A stretch of 64,000 nt of DNA from Candidatus Omnitrophota bacterium. GTDB taxonomy: Bacteria; Omnitrophota; Gorgyraeia; Pluralincolimonadales; Pluralincolimonadaceae. Of the stretch, positions 1 through 9,351 are shown piece after piece. A program made the position numbers and the translations under genes. Numbering within the stretch: position 1 is the first letter of the stretch; each line of letters starts with the position of its first letter. Below the pieces are notes generated by a model. That model was given only the letters and a program-made list of their open reading frames with translations. It made no database searches and was not told the origin of the DNA. The stretch is from assembly GCA_041651455.1 (NCBI GenBank), contig JBAZJG010000005.1, forward strand, positions 67,882 through 131,881, in the 5' to 3' direction.

Positions 1-203
1 CTCGAGAAGACACTCCTGGCAAAGAACGTCAAGATGGAGGTCCCCTCAAAAGAACGCTTTATACTGTTGTCTTCGGCCCAGGGATACAGTGCCGCGGATA
101 ACGCCGTGGACGCCGGCGCAGTAGGGTTTTTCGGAAGGGTCCGGCAGACCGTCGCAGGCCTGTTCGCGCTGGGGCCCGAAGCGCAGGCTAAACCTTTAAA
201 ATA
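1..203 (+). CDS. 3' end of an upstream CDS in frame 1 (ends ...EAQAKPLK*). It sits where ftsL / a division protein is expected upstream of ftsI, but the fragment is not recognisable.
   Basis: Open frame from the window edge to TAA at 201-203. Identity is suggested only by position in the dcw cluster. Confidence 0.3.
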
Positions 204-260
204 ATCGTAACTACTTATATACCCTAATAGTTTTCCGCCGAAAACAAGGGTTGGTTATAC

Positions 261-1988
261 GTGTACACTAGAGCCCACAAGAGACGCCTGAATCTTGTCT
301 TTTCTTTATTCATTGTTTTATTAAGCCTCCTTCTTATCCGCGTAATATACATCCAACTCGCCAGGTCTTATGACTACGCTCTCCTGGCAAAGAAACAGCA
401 TACCGCAGTAATCGAACTCCAGCCAAAGCGCGGCACTATCTATGACAGGAACCTAACGCCTCTCGCGGTGTCGCTGAACCTTGATTCCGTATTCGCAAAC
501 CCGAGGGAGATGAAGGAGAAGAGGGCCGCGGCCAAGAAGCTTGCCTCAGCGATGGGATTGGGCGAGCAGTTCGTTTATGACCGCATATGCAGGGACAAGG
601 GATTCGTCTGGCTTAAGCGGAAACTGAACCCCTCCGAATCCGACAGGGTGAAGGCGCTGAAGATAAAAGGCGTGGAGTTCATAAAAGAGCCGAAGAGGGT
701 CTACCCGAACAGTTCGCTCGCGAGCCAGATAATCGGCTATGCCGGCACGGATGACAGGGGCCTCGAGGGGCTTGAGCTCAGGTATGACGAATACCTTAAA
801 GGCTCGCCGGGCTACAGGGCGACATTGCGCGACGCGCGCAGGAGGGCCATAGCCTCTTTCGAGTACGAGTATTATCCTTCGGTCGACGGGCTCGACCTCG
901 TGCTGACCATAGACGACGTGATACAATATATCGCGGAACGCGAGCTTGAGATCGCGGTCGAGAAGTACCATCCGATAGGCGCCTGCATAATAGTCATGGA
1001 CCCGAGGACCGGCGATATCCTCGCGATGTCGAACAGGCCGACCTTCGACCTCAACTCTTTCCAGAAAGTGACGCCGGAGAAGAAGCGCAACCGCGCTGTC
1101 ACCGACATGTACGAGCCCGGCTCCATATTCAAGATAGTCACGGCCGCCGCGGCGCTGCAGCAGGAAAAAGTCGGACTCAAAGACCGCTTCTATTGCGAGA
1201 ACGGCGCATGGAAACATGCGGGCGGCAAAGTCCTGCATGACCACAAGCCGCACGGTTGGCTCACGTTCAGGCAGGTCATCGAGAAGTCATCGAACATCGG
1301 CACCGTCAAGGTCGCGATGAAGCTCGGTTCGAACAACCTCTATGATTACATAAAAAAGTTCGGCTTCGGGGACCTGACAGGCATAGACCTTCCGGGAGAG
1401 GTGCCCGGCTTCATCCGCCCGCCGTCGAAATGGTCCGGGACCTCTATCTACGCGATACCGATGGGGCAGGAGGTCGTCGTGTCCCCGCTGCAGATGGCAT
1501 GCGCGATGTCGGTCATAGCCAACGGCGGGAAGCTGATGAAACCGCGCATAATACAGTCGGTCCAGGACAAGCACGGCGAACTTATCAAGGAGTTCCCGGT
1601 CACGGCCGTAAGGCAGGTGCTCTCAGAGCGCACGGCCGCGACCATGAGGGACATATTAAGCGGCGTCGTCGAGGACGGTACCGGCCAGCTCGCGAAGGTA
1701 GAAGGATATGACGTCGGCGGCAAGACGGGCACATCGCAGAAGATAGAGAACGGGACGTATTCGCATTCGAAGTTCATCGCGTCGTTCATCGGGTTCGCGC
1801 CGGTCAGGGACCCGAGGGTGGTCGTCGTGGTAATGCTCGACCAGCCGCATCCGTTTTATTACGGAGGCGTGGTCGCGGCCCCGGTCTTCAGCAAGGTGGT
1901 CAGGGACACGTTAAGGTATATGGACATAAGGCCGGGCAAGGTGACACAGGCCAGGAGGGAGATAGATTTTGAAGAGGTCGAGGATTAG
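261..1988 (+). CDS. ftsI: Peptidoglycan D,D-transpeptidase FtsI (PBP3), GTG start
   Basis: 575 aa with an N-terminal TM segment and PBP dimerisation plus transpeptidase domains. SxxK (SIFK), SSN and KTGT motifs are present. First gene of the dcw cluster. Confidence 0.85.
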   Translation: MYTRAHKRRLNLVFSLFIVLLSLLLIRVIYIQLARSYDYALLAKKQHTAVIELQPKRGTIYDRNLTPLAVSLNLDSVFANPREMKEKRAAAKKLASAMGLGEQFVYDRICRDKGFVWLKRKLNPSESDRVKALKIKGVEFIKEPKRVYPNSSLASQIIGYAGTDDRGLEGLELRYDEYLKGSPGYRATLRDARRRAIASFEYEYYPSVDGLDLVLTIDDVIQYIAERELEIAVEKYHPIGACIIVMDPRTGDILAMSNRPTFDLNSFQKVTPEKKRNRAVTDMYEPGSIFKIVTAAAALQQEKVGLKDRFYCENGAWKHAGGKVLHDHKPHGWLTFRQVIEKSSNIGTVKVAMKLGSNNLYDYIKKFGFGDLTGIDLPGEVPGFIRPPSKWSGTSIYAIPMGQEVVVSPLQMACAMSVIANGGKLMKPRIIQSVQDKHGELIKEFPVTAVRQVLSERTAATMRDILSGVVEDGTGQLAKVEGYDVGGKTGTSQKIENGTYSHSKFIASFIGFAPVRDPRVVVVVMLDQPHPFYYGGVVAAPVFSKVVRDTLRYMDIRPGKVTQARREIDFEEVED

Positions 1989-3446
1989 ATGAAGCTCAAG
2001 GACCTGCTTAGCGACACCGAATACAAGGACTCGTCCGTTTTCCCGTCGGGGACCGGCATTGAGATAAAGGGGATATCCTGCGATTCGAAAGGCGCCTCCG
2101 CAGGGTACCTTTTCATAGCGGTCACCGGCGCTTCCTCCGACGGTCACAAATACATAAACGAAGCGGTGGACAGGGGCGCCGTAGCCGTTGTGATGGAGAA
2201 GGACGTAGTCGTCCCCGACCATGTCGCGAGGATATACGTCAGGAATTCGAGGGAAGCGGCGCCGAGGATAGCGAACGCCTACTTCGGGAAGCCGGCCGGC
2301 GGCCTGAAGTGCGTAGGCATCACAGGGACCAACGGCAAGACGACGATATCATACCTCGTAGACAGCATCGTATCCGCCGCAGGGCATAAGGCGGGCATAA
2401 TCGGCACGATAAGCTACAGGATAGGGAGCAGGGTGATCCCCGCGACGAATACGACCCCGGGGCCGGTTGAGCTCTTCGGGTTCATGGGCGAGATGGCGAA
2501 GAGCGGGAGCGATTACCTTGTCATGGAGGTCTCCTCGCACGCGCTCGACCAGAACAGGACCGGCGGGATATCCTTTGATTCCGCCGTTTTCACGAACCTT
2601 ACCGGTGACCATCTCGATTACCACAAGACGATGGAGGAGTATTTCAAGGCGAAATCCCGCTTGTTTTCAAGTTTGCGCGGCGAAGCCCATGCGGTGATAA
2701 ATATAGACGACGAGTGGGGAAGGAAACTTTTGAAGATCTCCGGCGGCAAGGTGCTGACTTACGGCACGAAGCTTGTCGCGGATTTCCTTGCGACGGACAT
2801 AGCGCTCTCGCTCGACGGGACTACATTCACCGTTAACCATCCGGGCGGCACGTTTTCGGTGGATTCAAAACTGATAGGGATGCATAATGTATATAACATG
2901 ACGGCGGCCGCGGCGTGCGGCATAAGCCTCGGGTTTCCCGCGGACCGCGTCAAGCGGGGCATAGAGGCCCTGCGATCGGTGCCCGGCAGGCTCGAGCCGG
3001 TCGAATGCGGGCAGCCGTTCAAGGTGTTCGTGGATTACGCGCACACGGACGACGCGCTCAGTAATGTCCTGTCGGCGCTGAAGCCGCTGATAAAGAAAAA
3101 GGTCATAGTCGTTTTCGGATGCGGCGGCGACAGGGACATGACAAAGCGCCCGCGCATGGGAAAGGTGGCGTCCGAGATGGCGGATTTCGTATACGTGACC
3201 TCCGACAACCCGCGAAGCGAAGAGCCTGCGGCGATAGCGGCGATGATAACCGGAGGCATAAAGGGCAGTAACTATAAGGTCATACTCGACAGGACGCAGG
3301 CGATAAATGAGGCCCTGTCCGGCGCGCAGGAGGGCGATTGCGTGCTGATAGCCGGGAAGGGACACGAGGCCTACCAGGTCCTCAGGAACACGACGATATC
3401 GTATGATGACAGGGAAGTCGCGAGGAAAATACTTGCTCAACGTTAA
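1989..3446 (+). CDS. murE: UDP-N-acetylmuramoyl-L-alanyl-D-glutamate--2,6-diaminopimelate ligase MurE
   Basis: 485 aa Mur ligase with GITGTNGKTT P-loop and a DNPR motif near the C-terminus. Canonical dcw position. Confidence 0.9.
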   Translation: MKLKDLLSDTEYKDSSVFPSGTGIEIKGISCDSKGASAGYLFIAVTGASSDGHKYINEAVDRGAVAVVMEKDVVVPDHVARIYVRNSREAAPRIANAYFGKPAGGLKCVGITGTNGKTTISYLVDSIVSAAGHKAGIIGTISYRIGSRVIPATNTTPGPVELFGFMGEMAKSGSDYLVMEVSSHALDQNRTGGISFDSAVFTNLTGDHLDYHKTMEEYFKAKSRLFSSLRGEAHAVINIDDEWGRKLLKISGGKVLTYGTKLVADFLATDIALSLDGTTFTVNHPGGTFSVDSKLIGMHNVYNMTAAAACGISLGFPADRVKRGIEALRSVPGRLEPVECGQPFKVFVDYAHTDDALSNVLSALKPLIKKKVIVVFGCGGDRDMTKRPRMGKVASEMADFVYVTSDNPRSEEPAAIAAMITGGIKGSNYKVILDRTQAINEALSGAQEGDCVLIAGKGHEAYQVLRNTTISYDDREVARKILAQR

Positions 3447-4800
3447 GGACATATTGGAAGCGACGGGCGCAGAGCTAGCGGGAGGGGACGCGGAGGCCGC
3501 GTTCAGCTCCGTTTCTACCGATACGAGGAAGATAACTCCCGGCTCGCTTTTCGTCGCGATCAAGGGGCCGAATTTCGACGGCCATGATTTTACCGGGGAA
3601 GCCCGGGCAAAAGGCGCGGCAGGTGCGGTAGTCAGCCGCGAAGTGCCTGCCCACGGCGGCTTTACGGTAATAAAGGCAGGCGATACGCTGGATGCGTTCG
3701 GCAGGATAGCGGCCTGGAACCGCCGGAGGTTCGACATCCCCGTCATCGCGCTTACAGGCTCCAACGGCAAGACGACGACGAAGGAGATGCTCTCCGCCGT
3801 ACTCTCCTTAAAATACAAAGTGCTGAAGACCGAGGGCACCGAGAATAATTTCATAGGCGTGCCGCAGACGCTGCTGAGGATGGACGGCAGCCATGAGATC
3901 GCCGTCATAGAGCTCGGTACGAACCACCCGGGCGAGATAGCGCACCTCGCTGATATCGTCCAGCCGAACTGCGGCATCATAATCAACGCGGGGCCTTCGC
4001 ACCTTGAATATTTCGGCACGGTCGACAACGTAAGGACGGAGAAGCTCGACCTGATCAAGAGGATAGGGGAAGAGGGCTCTGCCATAGTCAACGGAAACGA
4101 CCCTAAACTTGTCGATGCGGCCCGCAGGATGTGCGAAGAGGTCGTGAGTTTCGGGTTCGGCGCGGATTGCGATTATTTCGCCGACAACATCCAGGAGAGC
4201 GCCTGCGGCATGAGCTTCATGATGAACGGCGTCCATATCGTAAGGCTCAGGGTGCTCGGGAGGCATAATATATATAACGCGCTTGCAGCGATAGCGGCGG
4301 GCTCTCTCTACGGCGTCGAGGCGCCCGAGGCGGCGAAAGCGCTCGAGGATTTCGCGCTTCCGAAGCTCAGGATGGAATTCGTGTCGTGCGGCGGTATAGA
4401 TTTCATATTTGACTGCTATAATTCAAATCCGCTTTCAATGGTGAGCGCGATAGAGACCCTGTGCAACATGGGGCCGGGTAAGAGGAAGGTCCTCGTAGCC
4501 GGCGACATGCTCGAGCTCGGCGCGTCGGCCCCGGAGCTTCACAGGCAGACCGGCAGGCAGGCGGCGATGGCAGGCGTGGATATTTTAGCGGGTGTGGGCT
4601 CGCTCTCCGGGTATATCCTGGAGGGCGCTCGGGAGGAGGGAATCGGCGGTGAAACCCTCCTCCGTTTTGATGATTCCGTAGAGGCCGCAAAGGCCTTGAA
4701 GAAGATACTGCGGGAAGGGGATCTGGTCCTGGTTAAAGGTTCGCGCGGCATGAAGATGGAGGAGATAAAAAAGTGTTTTATCACCTGCTCTATCCGTTAA
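3403..4800 (+). CDS. murF: UDP-MurNAc-pentapeptide synthetase MurF. The start is uncertain: ATG 3403 or TTG ~3430, either overlapping the murE end.
   Basis: 465 aa Mur ligase with a GVSTDTRK-like N-terminal region and LTGSNGKTTTKE P-loop. Confidence 0.85.
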   Translation: MMTGKSRGKYLLNVKDILEATGAELAGGDAEAAFSSVSTDTRKITPGSLFVAIKGPNFDGHDFTGEARAKGAAGAVVSREVPAHGGFTVIKAGDTLDAFGRIAAWNRRRFDIPVIALTGSNGKTTTKEMLSAVLSLKYKVLKTEGTENNFIGVPQTLLRMDGSHEIAVIELGTNHPGEIAHLADIVQPNCGIIINAGPSHLEYFGTVDNVRTEKLDLIKRIGEEGSAIVNGNDPKLVDAARRMCEEVVSFGFGADCDYFADNIQESACGMSFMMNGVHIVRLRVLGRHNIYNALAAIAAGSLYGVEAPEAAKALEDFALPKLRMEFVSCGGIDFIFDCYNSNPLSMVSAIETLCNMGPGKRKVLVAGDMLELGASAPELHRQTGRQAAMAGVDILAGVGSLSGYILEGAREEGIGGETLLRFDDSVEAAKALKKILREGDLVLVKGSRGMKMEEIKKCFITCSIR

Positions 4801-5864
4801 AGGACATATTCTTCGGGTTCAACGTTTTTAAGTACATAACTTTCCGCGCGGCCGGGGCGGCGATAACGTCCTTCCTTTTATGCATGCTTCTCGGCCCGTT
4901 CATCATCGAGAGGCTGCGCGAACTGAAGATAGGGCAGGTCGTCAGGAACTCGGACGACGCGAAGGGCATATACGAGATGCACAAGAACAAGGCCGGCACA
5001 CCGACGATGGGCGGCCTGCTTATAGTCACGGCCATAGTTCTGTCGACCCTGCTCTGGGGCGACCTGACGAACAAGTACGTGCTGCTTTCGCTGATATCAA
5101 TCATCTGGCTGTGCGCCGTAGGGTTCCTCGACGATTACATGAAGATGAAGCTGAAGGTGTCGAAGGGCCTTACCGCGCGCTCGAAGTTCATCGGGCAGGC
5201 GATGCTCGGCCTTATGCTTGGCCTCTATGTATATTTCGACCCGCAGATAGGCAAGGACCTCGACGTGCCGTTCTTGAAGGACCTCGTCATAAACCTCGGG
5301 ATATTCTACGTGCTTTTCACGATGCTCGTGATAGTCGGCTCATCCAACGCGGTCAACCTTACGGACGGGCTCGACGGGCTGGCGATCGGCTGCACGATAA
5401 TCGTCGTGCTGACCTATACCGCCCTGAGCTACATAACAGGCAACGCGAAGATGGCCGAGTACCTTAATATAATCCACATTCCCGGAGCCGGCGAGCTCGC
5501 GGTCTTCTGTGCTGCGATACTCGGCGCCGGCCTCGGGTTCCTGTGGTTCAACTCATTCCCGGCTAACGTATTCATGGGCGACACCGGCTCCCTCGCGCTC
5601 GGCGGCGCGATCGGTGTCGTAGCGACCTTCATAAAGAAGGAACTGCTGCTGCTGATCGTCGGAGGTATATTCGTCGCGGAGGCCCTTTCCGTGATCATGC
5701 AGGTGGCCTCCTTCAGGATCTTCAAGAAGAGGATATTCCTGATGGCGCCGATCCACCACCATTTCCAGATGAAAGGGTGGTCGGAGACGAAGGTCGTCAT
5801 CAGGTTCTGGATAATCGGGATAATACTGGCCCTTATAAGCCTATCGACATTAAAACTGAGATGA
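4773..5864 (+). CDS. mraY: Phospho-N-acetylmuramoyl-pentapeptide transferase MraY
   Basis: 363 aa polytopic membrane protein. N-terminus FNVFKYITFRAAGAA and the DDxxD / NAVNLTDGLDGLA motifs are typical of MraY. Confidence 0.9.
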   Translation: MFYHLLYPLKDIFFGFNVFKYITFRAAGAAITSFLLCMLLGPFIIERLRELKIGQVVRNSDDAKGIYEMHKNKAGTPTMGGLLIVTAIVLSTLLWGDLTNKYVLLSLISIIWLCAVGFLDDYMKMKLKVSKGLTARSKFIGQAMLGLMLGLYVYFDPQIGKDLDVPFLKDLVINLGIFYVLFTMLVIVGSSNAVNLTDGLDGLAIGCTIIVVLTYTALSYITGNAKMAEYLNIIHIPGAGELAVFCAAILGAGLGFLWFNSFPANVFMGDTGSLALGGAIGVVATFIKKELLLLIVGGIFVAEALSVIMQVASFRIFKKRIFLMAPIHHHFQMKGWSETKVVIRFWIIGIILALISLSTLKLR

Positions 5865-7177
5865 CGGAATTCAAGGGTAAAAAAATAACGGTTGCCGGCC
5901 TCGCGAAGAGCGGGATGGCCGCGGCCTTGCTTCTCAAGAAGCAGGGTGCCGGCGTGTGGGCGACCGACTCCGGCGATTCGCCGGCGCTCAGGGAGCATAA
6001 GCGGCTTCTCGAGAAGAAGGGTATCACCGTCGAGACGGGAAGGCACAGCCGCAGCTTCGTGAAGGGCAAGGACCTTATCGTTATAAGCCCCGGTGTGCCG
6101 GAGGGCTCGCCCGTGCTAAAATGGGCCGCGGAGTATAAAGTCCCGGTCATAGGGGAGATAGAGCTCGGGTACTTGTGCTGTCCGGCGCCGATAGTCGCCG
6201 TGACAGGCACCAACGGGAAATCGACGACCACGACGCTTATCGGAGAGATACTGAAGAAAGGCGGCAAACGCGCGGTCGTCTGCGGGAACATAGGCAACCC
6301 GTTCTGCGGCGAAATAGCAAAGATACGCAAGGGCTCCGTAGTGGTCCTTGAAGTCAGCTCGTTCCAGCTCGAGAGCGTAAAGGCGTTCCGGCCGTATGTG
6401 GCGGTAGTGCTGAACATATCACAGAACCATTTCGACAGGCACTCAGGGTTCGGAGAGTATATCAACGCGAAGGCGCGCGTATTCGCGAACCAGCGGAAGG
6501 GCGATCGGGCCGTACTGAACTTCGATGACCCGGCCGTCAAGGGTCTGAAGGCCCGGACAAAGGCGAAGGCAATTTTCTTTTCGCGGAAGAAGGGGATCCC
6601 GCGCCTGTTGTGCCGTCCCGAAGAGATGAAGATAAAAGGCGCCCATAATATCGAGAACGTCCTGGCATGCCAGCGGGTCGCGTCGATATTCGGCATAAAG
6701 CCCGCCAAAATAAAGCAGGCGCTTAAGGATTTCAGGGGGCTGGAGCACCGGTTCGAGCACGTTGCGCAGAAACGCGGGGTGGAGTTCATCAACGATTCCA
6801 AAGGGACGACGGTCCTCGCTACCGTCATGGCGCTCGAATCCTGCGTGAAGCCCGTCATACTGATAGCCGGAGGGCACGATAAGGGGAGCGATTTCGCCAA
6901 AGCGAGGAAGGCCGTCAGCTCGAAGGTAAAGAAGCTTGTCCTTATAGGAGAAGCGAAGGAGAAGATACGCCGCCAGCTTGCCGGGGCTGCGCCGCATATA
7001 TTTGCCGGTACGATGCATGACGCGGTAAGGAAGGCCTTTGCCGCCGCGGAAGAAGGCGATTGCGTGCTGCTTTCGCCTATGTGCGCAAGTTTCGACATGT
7101 TCAGGAATTTTGAGGAGAGGGGAAGGGTGTTCAAGAAAGCGGTCCGCAGGTTATCCGCGGGAGCGAAGAAGAGGTGA
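5861..7177 (+). CDS. murD: UDP-N-acetylmuramoylalanine--D-glutamate ligase MurD. The internal ATG overlapping the mraY stop (ATGA) is used; the 5777 start in the ORF track is an artefactual extension.
   Basis: N-terminus MTEFKGKKITVAGLAKSG is a Rossmann fold, followed by GTNGKSTTT P-loop and a Mur ligase C-terminal domain. Confidence 0.9.
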   Translation: MTEFKGKKITVAGLAKSGMAAALLLKKQGAGVWATDSGDSPALREHKRLLEKKGITVETGRHSRSFVKGKDLIVISPGVPEGSPVLKWAAEYKVPVIGEIELGYLCCPAPIVAVTGTNGKSTTTTLIGEILKKGGKRAVVCGNIGNPFCGEIAKIRKGSVVVLEVSSFQLESVKAFRPYVAVVLNISQNHFDRHSGFGEYINAKARVFANQRKGDRAVLNFDDPAVKGLKARTKAKAIFFSRKKGIPRLLCRPEEMKIKGAHNIENVLACQRVASIFGIKPAKIKQALKDFRGLEHRFEHVAQKRGVEFINDSKGTTVLATVMALESCVKPVILIAGGHDKGSDFAKARKAVSSKVKKLVLIGEAKEKIRRQLAGAAPHIFAGTMHDAVRKAFAAAEEGDCVLLSPMCASFDMFRNFEERGRVFKKAVRRLSAGAKKR

Positions 7178-8280
7178 GGAGGCTCAGGGCCCAGCTTTTC
7201 ATGGTCACTGCGGCGCTGCTCGCGATAGGCGTCGTGATGGTCTACAGCGCGAGCGCGATAAACGCGCACGAATTCCTCGGCGACAGCGCGTATTACCTGA
7301 AACGCCAGCTGCTCTACCTTTTTATAGGCATCATTACCTCGCTGATGATAATGTCCGCGGATTATGATGTATTGAAGAAGTACGTCAAGCCGGTCCTCAT
7401 AGTGACTTTCATACTGCTGATCCTCGTACTGATACCGGGCATAAGCCGCGAGATAGCCGGCGCGCGCAGGTGGTTCAGGTTCTCGTTCCTGAGTTTCCAG
7501 CCGTCGCAGGTCGCGAAGCTCGTGATGATACTATATTTCGCGGATTTCCTTTCGAGGAAGCACGGCGATATCCGCAGTTTCTGGGAAGGGTTCATGCCGC
7601 CGATGATAATGCTCGGCGTCAGCGTGGGGCTCATACTGCTCGAGCCCGACCTCGGCACGGCGGTCGCTATCAGCATCGTCTCGTTCATAATGCTTTTCGT
7701 GGCCGGCATGAAGCTCGCGCACCTCGTCCCGATGATAGTCGGTTCGATCCCGATATTGCTGGTCCTGATACTGCATAAGGCGTACAGGATGAGGAGGATC
7801 ACGGCTTTTCTGGACCCGTGGAAGGACCCGCAGGGCGTCGGCTTCCAGATAATACAGTCGTTCATAGCCCTCGGCTCGGGAGGGTTGCTCGGGGTGGGCC
7901 TCGGCCAGTCGAGGCAGAAACTGCTCTACCTGCCGGGATGCCATACCGACTTCATATTCTCAATAATTGGTGAGGAGCTCGGCCTTTTGGGCGCGGGCGC
8001 GGTGATAATACTGTTCGTGCTGTTCATCTGGACGGGGTTCAGGATAGCATTGAGGGCGAGGGACCTCTTCGGCCACCTCGCGGCGCTCGGTATCGTATCG
8101 ATGATAGCGCTCGAGGCGATAATAAATATTGCAGTAGCGACCGGCTCGATGCCGACGAAGGGCCTGCCGCTGCCTTTCATCAGTTACGGCGGTTCGTCGC
8201 TTGTCTTCGACATGATTGGTGTCGCGCTGCTGCTTAATATCGCAAAGTACAGCGAGACGCCTTACGAGAAAGAGCAATAA
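7174..8280 (+). CDS. ftsW: SEDS-family peptidoglycan glycosyltransferase FtsW (GTG start overlapping the murD stop)
   Basis: 368 aa with ~10 TM segments. The SEDS signature region (...PGCHTDFIFSIIGEELG...) is present. Lies between murD and murG. Confidence 0.85.
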   Translation: MRRLRAQLFMVTAALLAIGVVMVYSASAINAHEFLGDSAYYLKRQLLYLFIGIITSLMIMSADYDVLKKYVKPVLIVTFILLILVLIPGISREIAGARRWFRFSFLSFQPSQVAKLVMILYFADFLSRKHGDIRSFWEGFMPPMIMLGVSVGLILLEPDLGTAVAISIVSFIMLFVAGMKLAHLVPMIVGSIPILLVLILHKAYRMRRITAFLDPWKDPQGVGFQIIQSFIALGSGGLLGVGLGQSRQKLLYLPGCHTDFIFSIIGEELGLLGAGAVIILFVLFIWTGFRIALRARDLFGHLAALGIVSMIALEAIINIAVATGSMPTKGLPLPFISYGGSSLVFDMIGVALLLNIAKYSETPYEKEQ

Positions 8281-9351
8281 TTGAAGATACTTATAGCATG
8301 CGGAGGGACCGGAGGGCACATATTCCCGGGATTGAGCCTCGCCCAGGAGCTCAATTCGCGCGGGATCAATGACGTGCTGCTCGTCGGCACCGACCATCCG
8401 CTCGAGGTTAAATTATTCGGGTCGTTCGGCCTGCCTTACCGGCTCCTGCCGGCCGCGAAACTGGCGAGGGACCCCGCGGGGTTCATCAGGTTCATGGGGA
8501 AGTTCGTCTCGGCGGCGGCGGGTTCGGCAAAACTGCTGTCGGAGTTCAAGCCGGACATAATCGTCGGCTTCGGCGGATACGCCTCGTTCCCGGTTTGCGT
8601 TCTCGGCGCGATGGCCGGAAAAAAATTATACCTGCACGAGCAGAACTGCGATGCGGGCCTCGCGAACAGGATGCTTGCGGCATTCGCGAAACGCGTCGGG
8701 GTAAGCTTCAGGGATACCGAGAAGGCGTTCGGGGGAAAGGCGGTCTTCACCGGCAACCCGATACGCGGCAAGCTCCTCTCCGCCGGGAGGGAGCAAGCCT
8801 TGAAATATTATAAGCTCGATCCAGGCAAGTTTACGGTCCTGATACTCGGAGGCAGCCAGGGATCGCAGAAGATCAATATGATCGCCGGCAATATGCTCGA
8901 CCTGCTGAGCGCAGAAGAAGCGGGAATGCTCAACATCATCCATATCGCGGGGATCAAGAACTACAATGATGTTTACAATAAATACGAGGGCAAGGGGATA
9001 AGCGGATGCGTCTGCGACTTCGTGGACGATATCGGGAGCGCGTATGCCGCGGCGGACCTGATCGTTTCCAGGGCCGGGGCGACGGCGCTGTTTGAGATAG
9101 CCGCACTGGGGATCCCGTCCATAATGATACCTTACAGGTTTGCGGGCGGGCACCAGTACAAGAACGCGGCGGCGCTTGAGGGAGCGGGCGGCACGATTGT
9201 AACGGAAGAACTCGGGCTCACGCCGCAGATGCTTAAGGAAAGGATATTCGGGTTGAAGGGTGACAGGGCAAAGTTGAAGGCGATGTCGGATGCGGCGAAA
9301 CGGTTCGCTGTCCCGGACGCGGCCAAAAAACTGGCGGACGCCATATTATGA
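8281..9351 (+). CDS. murG: UDP-GlcNAc:lipid I GlcNAc transferase MurG (TTG start)
   Basis: N-terminus KILIACGGTGGHIFPG and a GT-B fold (GT28). Canonical position. Confidence 0.9.
   Translation: MKILIACGGTGGHIFPGLSLAQELNSRGINDVLLVGTDHPLEVKLFGSFGLPYRLLPAAKLARDPAGFIRFMGKFVSAAAGSAKLLSEFKPDIIVGFGGYASFPVCVLGAMAGKKLYLHEQNCDAGLANRMLAAFAKRVGVSFRDTEKAFGGKAVFTGNPIRGKLLSAGREQALKYYKLDPGKFTVLILGGSQGSQKINMIAGNMLDLLSAEEAGMLNIIHIAGIKNYNDVYNKYEGKGISGCVCDFVDDIGSAYAAADLIVSRAGATALFEIAALGIPSIMIPYRFAGGHQYKNAAALEGAGGTIVTEELGLTPQMLKERIFGLKGDRAKLKAMSDAAKRFAVPDAAKKLADAIL

Noticed and set aside
2865-4091. Long minus-strand ORFs antisense to + strand genes. Examples are 2865-4091, 5833-7269, 9354-10598, 16813-17877, 18649-19680, 21281-22195, 23070-23951, 24910-26031, 35844-36848, 37272-38117, 38121-39380, 44129-44950, 46342-47232, 47723-48745, 48881-50068, 54624-55466, 59306-60493 and 60644-61666.
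   Set aside because: Each lies entirely opposite a + strand gene with an unambiguous conserved product (Mur ligases, IleS, MreB, PilB, PilC, PilQ, Rng, CorA, Mfd and others). Long stop-free antisense frames are expected in GC-rich DNA. Their translations are low-complexity, Arg/Pro/Ser-rich, and lack motifs.
4880-5467. Alternative-frame ORFs within mraY, murC, ileS and others, such as 4880-5467, 17709-18182 and 18825-19271. Their Arg-rich translations might suggest overprinted genes.
   Set aside because: Composition is typical of +1/+2 frames of GC-rich coding sequence, with poly-Arg/Gly/Pro runs. They have no start context and no conservation signal.
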